A DNA stretch of 64,000 nucleotides, from positions 5,410,259-5,474,258 of the forward strand of contig CAVNZM010000002.1 of the NCBI GenBank assembly GCA_963693365.1. Reading direction: 5' to 3'. The notes under the pieces were generated by a model. That model worked only from the letters and a program-made list of their open reading frames with translations, was not told the origin of the DNA and made no database searches. Each line of letters begins with the position of its first letter. The first letter of the stretch is position 1. Source of the DNA: Amoebidium appalachense (lineage: Eukaryota; Protista; Ichthyosporea). Positions 1-55,085 of the stretch are shown here, one piece after another. The position numbers were made by a program, and so were the translations under genes.

Positions 1-402
1 TCATATCCGCACCACAAGATGAAATGGCTGCTACGTCATCACGACCCCACGGGGTGTTGAGGCCGTTCACACGTACGGTTACCTGTGTGTTTGTGTGTGT
101 GGAGGGAGGGAGGGTGGGCAGGGGTGGGGGGGGGGGGGGGGGGGGGGGAGGGGGGGAGAAGAATGAGAAACTATCCTCCTTTAACCCCAACTTCCCCCTA
201 TACCACCACCACCACCACCACCACATACACACGCGCTCTACGTGGAATGGTTTGTATACACGAACCTATCCATTCACGTGACCTTAGGTACCACTCCCTC
301 CCCTTCCCCCACCACCACCCCCCCCCCCCCCCCCCCAAAAAAAAAAAAAAAAAAAAAAAAGAAAATAAAAGAAAGGAAAGGAAAGGAAAGAGAGAAAAAA
401 AA

Positions 403-478
<76 letters not shown>

Positions 479-1115
479 AAGAGAGAGAGAGAAAGGGACC
501 AAACGGGAACAAATCGTACCGTTCCAGTAGATATAGAAAAACGAAAAAAAACGGGGGGGGGGGGGGGGGGGGGGGGGGAGGGGGATAATGAAACAACTGC
601 CCGCACCGACCTCTCTGAAGCCAAACCCCTTCTGCTTGACCATCTCTGCTACCATCTCTCTAGCCTTTGCCTTTGCATTTGGCGCCACGGCATCCTCCAG
701 GTCCAAAATAAGAGAGTCCACAGGAAGAGTCTTTGCTTTCTCCAAGGCACGTGCGTTAGATCCGGGCATGTAAAGCATGGAGCGGCGTGGGCGTGATAGG
801 TGCCATTCCTTGTTGAAGCTGTGGGAAAGTGGGAGACAAATTAAAAACGAAGTGTAAGTGTATCATGAGTGGGTATGGCCGTTGGCCTATGTGAGAGTGA
901 GGGGGGTTGGTTGAAGGGAATAGGAAGGGAGACAGGTGGTGGTGGTGGTGTGGGGGGGTGGGGGGTGGGCGGGCGAGAGGGGCATGGAGCAAGAGGGTGA
1001 GAGAGAGAGTGCGAGAGCGAGTGAGAGAGAGCGAGGGGGGGGGGGGAGGGGGGGGGGGGGGAGGGGGAGAGAGTGAGTGAGTGAGGGGAATGAGAGAGAG
1101 AGAAGAGATTCAGAG

Positions 1116-1189
<74 letters not shown>

Positions 1190-1232
1190 AGGGAGGGAGG
1201 GAGGGAGGGAGGGAGGGAGGGAGGGAGGGAGG

Positions 1233-1276
<44 letters not shown>

Positions 1277-1718
1277 GGATAAAGGAAGAAAGACCGAAGA
1301 GAGAGAGAGGGGAAGTGAGTTGAAGAGGGAGTGGCATATGGCAAGGGAGAGCGAGAGGAAGGCGGAGAAGGGAGGAACGGAGAGAGGGAAGGGGGATACG
1401 GGGGCGGCGGGGGGAGGGGGGAGGGGGGGGGGGAGGGGGGGGGGGGGGGGGGGAGTGGAAGAGCGATCGGGAGGGGGCGAGGGAGGGGGAGACAGACTGC
1501 CCCCCCCCCCCCCCCCCCCCCCCTCCCCCCTCCCACCCCTCCGCCCCTTCTCCCCCTGTCGTCTTCTCCCAGCACACAGCTGAACGCAGTATCTTGCATA
1601 GTAGAAACCAGGGACAAACACAACCCACTCACCCCGTGGTAACTCCCCTGAAGGAGAGAACAAGAGGCGTCCTTGCAGCCACCATCGCTGGTAGGCCCCC
1701 TTTCAACAGGCCAGCCAT
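1..1718 (-). CDS. Citrate lyase beta-like / malyl-CoA lyase-thioesterase (HpcH/HpaI aldolase-CitE family), 5' part; continues beyond window edge
   Basis: Exons 1718-1633, 818-611 and 82-1 join through GT-AG introns in compatible phase. Translation: MAGLLKGGLPAMVAARTPLVLSFRGVTTG-FNKEWHLSRPRRSMLYMPGSNARALEKAKTLPVDSLILDLEDAVAPNAK...GFRE-VTVRVNGLNTPWGRDD. RRS.LY.PG, DLEDAV and VRVN are CitE/CLYBL motifs. The N-terminus is basic and lacks acidic residues, like a mitochondrial presequence. Confidence 0.9.
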
Positions 1719-3139
1719 GGTTGACAATATAAATGCTTTAGTGCAGCAAGATGCGTGGTGTGTTCCTCCAAGCTTGCTTTTCAACTGCTGAGCGGCGCTG
1801 CGCATGAAAAACAGAGCAAGCGACGCCGTCAGGCGATCGAGTGCGGCCGTGCAGTGCAGTGCGTGCACCCCATACCAATGGGTCCCTAAGTTGAAACTTT
1901 ATGTTGAAGCAGGCCGCCAATAACACACAAACGGTCGTCATCTAAAAAAAACTTTTTATGGGAACACAAGCCCCTATACCATTGGCCAGATTAATTAGGT
2001 TCGCGCCATTCCTTTATATGGTTATTATTTTCGATAAACGGTCAGACTGAAAACGTGTTTACTATTGGTAGCTACGCATTAGCCGTTTTGTTGACATAAA
2101 AATAATCATACAAGTTTGTTTGCTGGATAAACTTACAGAAACCGTTCATGGTGATCAATGAGGCTCTTTGTGCCTGTGAAAAAGGAAAATGTTGCCCGGA
2201 ACTTGGTTGCCAACACTGTTTAAAGTTGGCGCCATTTGCCTTATATGGCTAGTTTGCAATATGCAAAGCCAATCAGATCATCGGATGGTGCTCCTAATCT
2301 CCCACCACTCAGTTACTGATCTTTTTCTGAATTTTCAACTTTTTCCAAATCGGAAGTCACACCTGCGCTTAGCGCCGTAGACTGTTATGCAGAGCAAATT
2401 TCCCTTGACACCATATCCTTTCGATAAAAAATGAAATTTTAAAAAATTGAAATGTGCAGTTATTTGGTCTATAAGTTCTTTTTTTGTTCCTCAGTCGCCG
2501 TGCAGTGGAGTCTATGTAGCCTGTGGCCACTGGAGTCTGGAGACGGCGCCGGCATACCATCATGGTGCAGCTAGAGCAGCCTCAGCATGACATTCTTGAT
2601 CATATGGTGGAAAGAAATAAGTCTAAAAGGTATTATTTTATATACAAAAAAAAACGCTGAGGAAAATTTAGCAATAACACTTTTAAGTTAGTGGCAAATG
2701 ATTTGCTATTGTGCTACGCATAACCATAGCACTTCATCATCCCTGTGTGCACATCATGCTGGTCAAGGGGGAAAGCAATTTTTGTTCCAGGGATCCACAC
2801 GCCTGATTGGCTGGTTTCCAACCACACCAGGGCTAGAACCTTTTCGCTATTACGTTTTAATTAATTTGTTATCCAGATAGTTTATCTGAGCTCGCTACAC
2901 AAAACGGTAATTTGAAAAGGTGATTGTATCATCTTTTATTATGTAGATATTTTACACCCTGTTACAAAATCTTGACTCAATCGAACAAACTTCGTTGACT
3001 CAGAGAGAAAACCTGAGTCATATAGTGCTTTCTTTAGTCGCATTTCTCCTAACTCGGATCATTTTACGTGCACATTGTGACAACATGGGAGCCAAATTGT
3101 AACACCTTAAAAATCCTTTACGAACAAAACAGGAAAAAC
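1719..3139. promoter_or_regulatory. Probable shared divergent promoter / 5'UTR region
   Basis: A 1.4 kb AT-richer, microsatellite-free spacer between head-to-head start codons (1718 minus, 3140 plus). No specific element proven. Confidence 0.45.
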
Positions 3140-12925
<9,786 letters not shown>

Positions 12926-14281
12926 GGATGGTGAATGTAATGTACTGCATGGATGTATGTATGTATGTATGTATGTATGAAATGGTTTGACCGGTTATAT
13001 GAACTGAAGCGTGTGTGAATGTATGGATAAATAAAGATGGTGGGAGTGGTTTTATCTATTGAATTGCGTGTGAATGTATGGATTTATCTAAATGATAAGT
13101 TTTTATAGAGAGTTAAAGAATGGTAGATATCTGCCGAAGAGTGAAACTGTTTCTGTAAACCATTCCTGGACCATACCGTCGATCAATAATAACAGACAGT
13201 GTCTATATGTTTGTCATTTATTTGCCCCTGCAGTCCTCTGTTTCTTCCCATTGTCTCTCCGGCACTCCCCGTTGGCCATCATCTCATCCTCCCTATTATC
13301 TGTGTGCGCAGTGTGTACAGTAGTGGCACCTCGTGTGTCGCGGCCATGGAGCCATCTATTATGATGTTTAATTTTCAATATATTGCTGTGGCATCTATAT
13401 GAAAACGTTATGTATGACGAACGACGACACATGTGTACTGTACTAACCGAGAAGCGTCTTCAGAGCAGGTGATGCCTATTTCAATGGGCCCTCCTGGATC
13501 AATTTAGCTCGAGTGGCTGCCGAGGCCATATGTGTCGTAGTTTGTGTGTGTGTGTGTGCACGTGTACAAGTACGTGTGTGTACGTGTGCGTGTGCGTGTG
13601 CGTGGGGGATGGGGGATAGGCCCCATGGAAAGAAAGAAGGGAATGGGAAAGGTTTGTATGGCTGCTGTTTCCCATAAAGAGCTAAAGGAATCATCCGGAC
13701 TTGTGTGCAACAACGAGGAGCATTATCCTGATTTGGACGTCGACAGAGATTCCAAGTCGACCGAAAGAACTAGAGTAAGTGCTAGCAAGCGTGGCCCAGG
13801 ACGCAAGTGTGACGCAAGCCTTCAGTGCGCATATATATCAATTAATTTACTTTCGCGGTGAAGTGACTGACAGTGTGTGTTCCTGTGTGGATAATAAATG
13901 TTTGTTTACATGCCACGGTTTGTGTGTGCACGTGTGTGCACTCCACAACAGCCATTAAACACAACCCATAATTGCGTTAATGGGAAACCACAGAATACCA
14001 CCCAAGGATTTAGAATCTTGGTTTCGATCGCGCGAACCCCCGAGGGGCCTGGGAAGGGGTGTACGTGGGGGTTTGGGGGTGGGGTGAGGTGGGGTATGGG
14101 GCCCGGTGGGGGGTGGGTGGGTGGGTGGGGGTGGGGGTGTTGGGGGGGGGGGTGTTGGTGCCGGGGGGGGGGGGGGGGGGGGGGGGAGGCTCCTCCCTAT
14201 CTTTATTTTATCTTTTTTTTTTTTTGGGCTTTTTCTTCCCCCCTTCCCCCACCCCCACCCCCCTAATTCTTTTGACTTTAG

Positions 14282-14371
<90 letters not shown>

Positions 14372-14713
14372 GGTGGGGGGGGGGGGGGGAGGGGGGGGGG
14401 GGGGGGGAGGGGGGGGGGAGAGGGGGTAGGCTGTAGTAGTAGTATTATTTTTCTTTTTCTTTGTGCCGAGAGGAGTGAGGGGGGTTGGGAGTCTCAGTCT
14501 GGTTGGGAGAGGATGACCCGGCCACCCCACCGGGCAATCATGACCGAGAATCTACCTATCTGACTTCACACCCTTAAGCAGCGGCTGACATCCTTATCCC
14601 CAAAAAAATAATAGGTTAAGGTTAGCCTTCTTTGGTAATACCTGAGGGACTCCCAGGCTGCATTGAATATGATGTCGGGCAACGGGCCGACCCCCCCCCC
14701 CCCCCCCCCCCCC

Positions 14714-14783
<70 letters not shown>

Positions 14784-14895
14784 CTTTACTTCCATGCAAC
14801 CGGGCATGGTTGCTCTGTGTCGTGCATCTGTAAGCACATACGCATTTTTCGCTGCACTGCATTAGTTTGCACACACATCTGCACCGTTTTGCTCA

Positions 14896-15175
14896 CCTTG
14901 CTTGCATAAGCAACCCTGCTCGTTTTTGATCAAGACGGGTTGACCCGCCCAAGTTCAGTTGATGCTGCTGTCTGAGTTGGAGCATCGTGTATACGCGGGC
15001 TAAGGGGTCGAAACTCAGACGCAATTGATGACTTGGGTCCTCCCTGAGGATGGGCTCTGCTTATGACGCATACTGTGCACATGGCTGATGTTGCATACTT
15101 GAATGTTTGCCTTTGCATGTGTCCTGCACCATGCTTCTCGTCGTGTATGGGTACTTCGTACCGTTTTCCGCATTC
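14896..15175 (+). mobile_element. Long copy (subfamily B) of the poly(C)-associated structured repeat; may begin at ~14783
   Basis: Aligns with 27667-27915 (gcataagcaaccctgctcgt..tgatcaagacggg, ggtcgaaactc, ccctgaggatgggctctgctta). Preceded by a long C-run (14691-14782) and followed by C's. Confidence 0.85.
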
Positions 15176-16034
15176 GCTTCCCCCCCCGGCCCCCTGTGGG
15201 TACCTTTCTTTCCAATCCCTAGCTAGCCTTTATTGTTGCACACTCGTTATTAACCAGTGCCCCCCCCTCCCCCAACCACTATTCCCCCGCACTGACCTGC
15301 GCATACCATGCACGCGCACAACCAACCCCAACCCCTTCGAACTCCCCACACTGCAAGTGCTATGCCAGCTCGACCGAGCCTCTTCCCTGTACTGAATCTT
15401 CTGTCAGCAACTGGCCAGAGAAATACTGTCACCCCAATTACAGGAATTGGCAGCTGTAAGAAAACTATAACGTACACATACACACGCACGCACCCACGCA
15501 GACACGCACACAAGGGGGGGGGGGGGGGGGGAGGGGCGGGAGGGGGGGAGGGGGTGGAGAAAGCGTATACAAAGATTCTGAAACATCAGGGGTCTCCTTC
15601 GTTGAAGGAAGGGAGCATCAGTTCATTATTCTGTGCCATAAGTGGACGCCGCTTGGCGCTTGAGAAATAAGCCCAGTGGCACTCGGCTGTCAATCCACAC
15701 GAGCAGAGTGCTTGCATCCGACGGATCTCAGTTGAGAGAGAACGGAAGATGTTAGTGGGGGTGAAGAGAGGGGGGCCGAGTGTCGGAAGGCTGTCGAAGA
15801 GAAGAGGTCAAGATGCACAAAGCTAAACCACAAGAGATACTCATGCCACACCACACCCGCACTGGCACGACAACTACGTAGTATACATATGTACGTGCCG
15901 TAACTTGTTCGCTTATCAAACTCAGCCGTGACTGAACGAACGGTTTGCGCGAGCTGTCCGCGCGGCAAAGCAGAGGTTGCGCAAACAGAGGAAGAAAGTT
16001 GCCGCCGAGAGAGAATGATTCTGATTGGTTTATT

Positions 16035-16353
16035 TTTGGCGCCTCGGAGTCACCTATGAATTGCGTATTGGGGCGCATGACATGAAAAAGGAAAAACAAA
16101 GAATCCTGGGGAATCTACAGTACAGTTCCACACATACCACAATTATATAGATATTAGCTATGTAGAGCGGTATTATAAAATAAATAATTTGTTTCTTGTG
16201 ATTTAGGCACATTATTTTTTCTGTAATGTTTTTTAGGGCGTCTATAGTGGAAAGCAAAATGTATTCGTATTTCCGCAGGAGCAGTTTACTCTGCTCATGT
16301 GAGAAAGTTTGGGAGATTCATTCGGAATTTTGGCGCCAAAACTGGCGCGCAAA
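16035..16353. promoter_or_regulatory. E2F-like sites upstream of the CHD gene
   Basis: TTTGGCGC at 16035-16042, a perfect palindrome TTTTGGCGCCAAAA at 16328-16341, and GGCGCGCAAA immediately after. Matches the TTTSSCGC consensus; function is inferred. Confidence 0.4.
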
Positions 16354-17205
16354 CAAAACATTCAGAGATAGTCTTAAGATGGAGACTACTACTTCATATT
16401 TTTATACTTTGGAAGTTAATAATGGTGAGAAAAATGACATCATAGGTCTTCCGGACTAATCGGCGCAACCCGTAGAGTGAGTGACAAACCTCAGGGATAC
16501 GGGCTGCATTTTCTTGCCAATGAATACATACAGCCATGAACTACACGCAGGACGAGTGTGCTAATGTACAGACATTATAAGCTTGAAAGGTTTGTGAACG
16601 TTTTTGTATAGATGTGTTTTCCTTCTGTGTGTGTTGGCGTTTGCCCATCCACTTGCAACACACGATCTTTTCTGAAGGCACCTTGCCGTATGTCCTTTCA
16701 ACGGAGGCTCGATGGGCGATTGGTGTGTTTAAAACATACACGCGAAAAAACAACGCAGAGAAACATGCCCCAAACTACGGCTCGAGGCAAACTCGCAACA
16801 TGACCGGAATCTGTGTACATTTACGCACATGCCTGTTGCACAAACACAAGCACGTGTAACCTCAACGCCCTTCCACCCGTGGCTAAAAAAATATAGATTG
16901 GACTCCTGCACAGAAAGAGATTCAACTGAATGGTGCTGAGAAAGCAAAGTAGCAGCCTACAGTTTTCTACACACAATTAGCTTATTTACAGCACACATAG
17001 CCACACACGTGCAAAAGCAAGTATAGGCCAGCCTGTGGAAGCGCTTAAGCACATGAACACAAGAACAGAGACACACACGCATATCCACACGCAGACACAC
17101 ACGCGCACGCACGCACACACGCACACACACGCACGCACATACAAATACACGCATCCACACAAGCACACGCACACACACACACACAGACACACACAAACAC
17201 ACACA

Positions 17206-17258
<53 letters not shown>

Positions 17259-17473
17259 TCGCGCGCGCACACACACGCACACACACACACACAAGCACAC
17301 AAAGACCAGCACACACTTGCATGCACATACAGACAGACCTCAACCCCCCCCCCCCCTTCTCTCCCTCCCCCCCTCCCCCCTGCCCCCCTCCCCAGCCTTC
17401 CCCCCTCAAATACACACGAGCACAAGCACACAACCAACACTACCTTCAGCCCCAGGCATAAGACAGAGGGAAA

Positions 17474-49401
<31,928 letters not shown>

Positions 49402-49502
49402 TTAGTTACGACATGCGGGACAACGATCATTTATGTTCAGTGTTTGAGAATCACATTGTATGGCTTCTATCGTCAGACGTGGATTTAAGTTGTTGATACA
49501 TA

Positions 49503-49690
<188 letters not shown>

Positions 49691-50350
49691 TATATATATT
49701 GTTGTTTGCTTTCTTTGTGTGTCTGGTTTTGATTGGGGTTAAGGGGGAGGGGGGTTGAGGGGGGGGCAGGGTTGTTGGATGTGTGGAGTGAGTACCATGC
49801 CTTCTAGCAATCACTTTTAAACACACTCTCAGTTTACGGAAGTAGTCGATCGGTTTTGACCATTACAGTAACGACCTTGTAAGACCCCATCTTATGGAGA
49901 TTGGAAATTTATGGTTACCGTGGATGTTCTTCTAGTTTTACACGATTTGTTTAATATCAGACCGCTAATTTAGGCTTGTAACGGATCGGAGATCCTCGTT
50001 TTTAGCTTCAGAGTCACGTTTAAGAATTGTTTGCATTAGCTGGGCTCTGACAAGTTTTCTTGAATGCAAAACCCCTGTATGACGCGAACTCGCCGAACAT
50101 GTAATCGAGCGAGTAACACCAAAGATATAATGACGGCAAGAACAAGAAGTTTAGATATGCCTGTAAAATAATAAAATTGCATAACACCGTGTTTCATTTG
50201 GTCTGTGAATATTTGTACTGTGGGATAATGAGTCAAATATTGATCCTAGTCCAGGGGGGTGAGTCTGGATGTGCATGGTGCAAGTCCAACCTTCTGTTCC
50301 TGTCCCCTTGATATCACATAGTGTGTGTGTGTGTGTGTGTGTGTCTCCCC

Positions 50351-50415
<65 letters not shown>

Positions 50416-50801
50416 CGCGTGTGGTGGCGCCCCAGGGAGGGGGGGGGGGGGGGGAGAGCGCGTGTGGTGGAGTGGGGGGGGGGGGGGGGGGGGGGAGGGG
50501 GGGGGGGGGGGGGGGAAGGGGGGACAACTGCAAATTCTTCGCATCGTGTGTTTCTGAAGCGCTTACTGTGAGATGTTGTTCGGTAGCAATGCCACACGAG
50601 GCTTTTGGCCTCATTTTAAACCCGGATCCGCAACACAGAAGTGAGCAGAGAGAGAAACATTTTGCGTCATCTTATGTCAAGCTAAGATCTAAAACAAACC
50701 ACATGAGACAAAATTGTCCCCCATAGGTTCGAGTAAAAGGTAGAATTACATCTGCACCTTGCTGGTGCAGTATTACTAAAACGTTCATCATGAGGGGAGA
50801 A

Positions 50802-50841
<40 letters not shown>

Positions 50842-51779
50842 CCTTTTGATGAAGGCTTTAGGATTAGGGCCAAGAATTATGATAAGAAAAAGTGTTAGAG
50901 CATTGTCATTATAAATCACACCGTCATTTTTTTATTATTATCATTATAAAAAACCACTGTAATTGGCCCGAGCAGAGTAACGGGTAGTAAAAAACAGCAA
51001 AGTCGATTGTGATTTTGGCTGCGAATCAAAGCAATCGGTACACGTAATTCCCCCACAAGCTACACGTCTTTTTCTGCTTATCACATCCTATTATAGATAT
51101 CATGCGATGACCTTTACCGAGGAGAAAAGGCCCAAAACAGACTATGTACTCTGTCAGACTAGCAAAATTTAGCTGCCGCCGGCTGAAACTGCTCTGCATG
51201 TGACGTCAGCCAGAGGAAGTATCTCAGTGTGACGTCGTTTCAAATTGAAAATTTCCCCCCAAATCTGTACAGTAGTCTGACGGGGTACGTGGTCTGTTTT
51301 GAATCATTACATAGTCGTTCAATGTCTTCTCTTAAGATACGTGATGTAAGTACTACGGTTCATCCCTTACAGTACTGCATAATACTCAAGTTAAAGACTT
51401 CAGGGAATATACTACCGCCTCCAACCTTGTTCGATTCATACTAGCATACTTTTGTTGTTAATACTCGTTGGCATATTATCCATTTAACCAATCCATATAA
51501 TAAAAAAAGTTTTTATAAAACAAACAAAAAGGTAGGAATATTCATTCACTCCATAGCGTATTCAAAGACTACTGGGGCCCCTCCCTCTCCGCTGCCGAAA
51601 TCCAATCCCATTTTAGGAACAGGGGCAGCTGATGAAAGCCCAACGGCAAGAAAGAGAACCTGCACAAACACAATAACCATCACTCTCATGGTTACGTAAC
51701 TGATTGTTTCAAGGGTTGTGCTCCGATTTACACGTGCATACTGTTAACATATTAACATAAGTTACATTCGCATATTACT

Positions 51780-51852
<73 letters not shown>

Positions 51853-52008
51853 ATGTGTGTGTGTGAATGTGTGTGTGTATGTGTGTGTGTGTGTTACCAC
51901 AACTTCCTATAAGCTTGATCTCAGCGTTAGCATGTGTCAGTTACGCCAGTTTCAACCCCAAACTTGTAATTTGCACATGTGATATGTTGTTATCACAGTC
52001 ATGACGTT

Positions 52009-52245
52009 TCAAGGATAAGATAGTAACTGTTGCTGGGCTTCGCGGAGTTTTCGTGGACTGTACAGGCGGTAACCAGGGAGATCAGACACAATGGTGTGGG
52101 CAGCTGCGAACAGAACCTTAGCGAATGTGTTGAGGTACCGGTTGGAAGGAGGCAGGAAGATTTGTTTCCCGTCGAATACTTCACAGTTTTTCCAGTTGTT
52201 GTTGTTGGCGTGTACACACGTACATTTGGCCGCAGGGAAGAGGCA
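52009..52245 (-). pseudogene. Possible orphan coding fragment or terminal exon of unknown identity
   Basis: An AG-preceded open frame, CLFPAAKCTCVHANNNNWKNCEVFDGKQIFLPPSNRYLNTFAKVLFAAAHTIVSDLPGYRLYSPRKLREAQQQLLSYP*, with protein-like composition. No family recognised. Confidence 0.2.
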
Positions 52246-53648
52246 CTATCTATGGTGTTCCCTTGGTGCTCTGTTCGGTTCAGCTTGCACTTCACCTCCG
52301 TCCATACGACTGTGCCACCCTCCCTATGTGTGCTTATGCGTATGTTGTGCAAAACTATTCTTTGTTTTTCCTCCCTCCGCGCTTTTCAAAGTGTGTTTGC
52401 CCACCTTGAGTCTGGCAACTGATCGCGATTTTATACACCGTCGTGAGCTTGTATGCGATTATTAGGAATTGATAAAACCCTTCATAAGATACCTTGACTG
52501 CCAATGTGTCTTTGCTTTTAGTGTTTAGCCTACAACCAGCCTGGACCAAGATTCTATATTATAAGAGGGGCTGAACAAGGCTGCAATCATCATGGCCCAT
52601 GCAGCATTTAATGTATTTGAAACAGTGCGATCCACTTATATGGTAGTAGTTAGCACTCAACCCAGAGATCCGGAAAGTCCGGAAACGTCCGCTGGCATGC
52701 GCATGCGCCGGCGTAGTGCATACTTGTAGAGGACTCGGTGGTCATCTAATAATATTAGCTTATAAACGTGCTAAGGTATGGGGAAGCAAATAATGGATTA
52801 GGAAAACCTCTTTTTATATATATATCAAACGGTTTTGAGGAGCATTCATGATTCGGTCTATTTTTATTTGTTTTGAACTCAATCGATAAAACCCTTTATA
52901 AGATTCTTTCTTTGTCGGGGTATGATGACATCATCATGCGCCATCGAGGGCTCGAGGAGGTGGAGCGACTGCGTAGCCCGAAAAACATTCGGGGACTAGG
53001 CTGCCCACACCAGCCCGAAAATTTGAAACGGTTATATTGGGCTAGAGGTGTTTCAAATTGGGCTGGGACCCCACTGTGATCCCCCTCCAATAAAGTACAA
53101 TGATCCCCAACTCTAAGCTTGAGCCTATTATGCTCCCCAAAAAGACCACCGTCGTCCCGTCCTGCGCAGCTGACCCCACCGGCACCCGGGCTGTTGTTTG
53201 CGCAACCAGACCTGCCATATATGGTAGTTCAGCCGGCCCAACCCGCAGCTGGCAGGGCCTGTTTACAGCCCGAAGAATCAATCCATGCAGCTGTTCCGCG
53301 GGTGTGAGCACTCACTGGCTGTACACGTGCATTGTACTGCACGCCATCATTGCATGGTGGAGAAAATCTTTTGGAAGGTGAAAGTGGGCGTATCATAGCG
53401 CGTACTCATACTACTAATACTAAAAGACGTCTCTGACTTTTAGACCAGATTCCGGGAATTGATTGGGCTTGGGTCCGACTTTGGCTACTCCAAAATCCCT
53501 TATATTGCAATGAAACGGACTTAACAATAGTACGAATTCAATGTATGCAAAAATAAGAAAACATGAAATATGAATTTTATAGATACAATACGGCAACGAA
53601 TAAAAAAAAGACAGTACCAAAATGCAGCCGCTAACCGCGTACGTGTCG

Positions 53649-53900
53649 GGGCTCCAAAATGTTTAGCGATCGCGAGAATAGGTGATGTACCGCACATTGA
53701 ATAACAGAGCCTGCTTTCAAAATGGACCCGCAATCATTCTTCCGGTATAATTGATTTCGTTAATTGCAACCAACATTGCCATCAGGGCTTCAAAATATTT
53801 TGCGGAAATAAGTGATGTACCGCACATTCAATACAGAGTCAGACTTTCAGAATCGGTCCGCGATCATCTTTCCAGTAAAAATAATTTTGCTGATTACAAC
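53649..53900. repeat. Diverged ~130 bp tandem duplication
   Basis: gggct(c/t)caaaat...aata(g/a)gtgatgtaccgcacatt(g/c)aata...cagag...ctttca(a/g)aat...ccgc(a/g)atcat occurs at ~53649 and ~53784. Confidence 0.8.
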
Positions 53901-54394
53901 CAACTTTGGAACGCACCCGCTAATGACGGAAATCGGCGAAAACTGATAAACCTTTATTCTTTTTGATTCGATAATAAAATGCTCATGTGTTTAAAATGCA
54001 GTTACCCAATGACTGTAGCTGAAAACCACCGGCTTCTCCCAAATCAGCCAATGGTTTACACACTTTTTATTGCGTGGACACTGCCGGAGGGCGGAGGCCC
54101 AGCCACATTCGACGGCCTACTGCGTTTTCCAGCACAGCCAATCAAATGCAGCCAGTGACATATGTACATGCTAGGCAACAATGAGCGCCATCGTAGTATA
54201 TCTGACACCCCTATTACATATTATGTACGTAAGCAGAGGCTAGCATCGGTAGCTCCGAAAGAAAGTTAAGGCACCGGATCACAATATCATACTGTGCAGC
54301 ATTAATAACGTGATCTAGGATAGTCATCTTAAAACGGATATATTGAGGAAGAGAGGAAGAAAAGAGAATAAAACCGCCAATAATCAGGAGTCAT

Positions 54395-54770
54395 GGGGCG
54401 AGTGGCCGAGCGAGACCGAAGTTATTTCGGCGAGCCGTCGGTTATTTTGGCGAGCCGATAGGCGAGCCAAAATAATCGTCAAGGCGAGCCGAAATAACGA
54501 GGTCGAGCGAGGACACGAGCCGACATGATCCGGTTACGATATGACCCATAAAGATTTAGCATTCACTTTATTGATACATTATGCAAACTTTAACTCGGTT
54601 ATTTGATTCATACATCATTACATTCACATTTCAGGCTCATTTTCCTAGTGATCGCTTTGATTGGCTAGCAGCGCACTCACCCATTAACCCGGTTATTCGA
54701 TTCCTCTAACCCAATAGAAATGTCCATAGCCTGGTTATTTCGGTGAGTGCGCTCTAGGCCAATCACGGCA
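54395..54770. mobile_element. Palindromic non-autonomous DNA-element-like sequence (Crypton/MITE-like)
   Basis: Nested inverted repeats 54421-54431/54488-54498 (perfect) and 54440-54451/54466-54477, four GGCGAGCC units, and a second inverted repeat 54658-54681/54742-54765. Family assignment is inference. Confidence 0.45.
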
Positions 54771-54918
54771 AGACTAACTGAAGTTAAAGGTCGTGTCGTC
54801 ATCCAATCAGATCACACCCCGACGCTCGGAATATCGTAACCTCCGGTTCTAATACATTAGCTAACAGGTTGCATTTATTGATAGATATGCAGCCGCGAGT
54901 AAACCGCGCCCCACATGT

Positions 54919-55085
54919 ATACTTCTCTTGATTCATCAAGCTCTATTTAGAGATGTATTTAGGCCAACTGGTTGGTTGGAATAGGGTTCCAACAATCAGT
55001 GGCCACTAGGGAGCCGACTATGGTATATAGGCGGCGACTCGTTCTACTCGTCTTAGCTTTGTTTCCCCGTCGGCCCCTACTTAGC
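54919..55085 (+). repeat. Direct repeat A1
   Basis: Matches 57377-57543; contains TATATA (~55024-55029) and several short hairpins. Confidence 0.95.

Noticed and set aside
14912-15011. HDV-like ribozyme in the repeat
   Set aside because: The J4/2-like GGCUAA and a P2-like helix are present, but no P1, P3 or L3 pattern was found, and subfamily A has U at the would-be catalytic C.
15005-15056. Hammerhead ribozyme in the repeat (GAAAC...GUC...CUGAGGA)
   Set aside because: Only 4 nt lie between GUC and CUGAGGA, so stem I cannot form. Stem II is mismatched and subfamily A lacks the GUC.
13476-15968. Possible minus-strand gene between the kinase and CHD
   Set aside because: Some splice-like signals exist but no coherent reading frame or recognisable protein; a spliced non-coding RNA cannot be excluded.
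51580-51660. Hammerhead-like CUGAUGA-aagcc-caac-ggcaa-GAAA
   Set aside because: Stem II is not closed and stem I is out of register by 2 nt.
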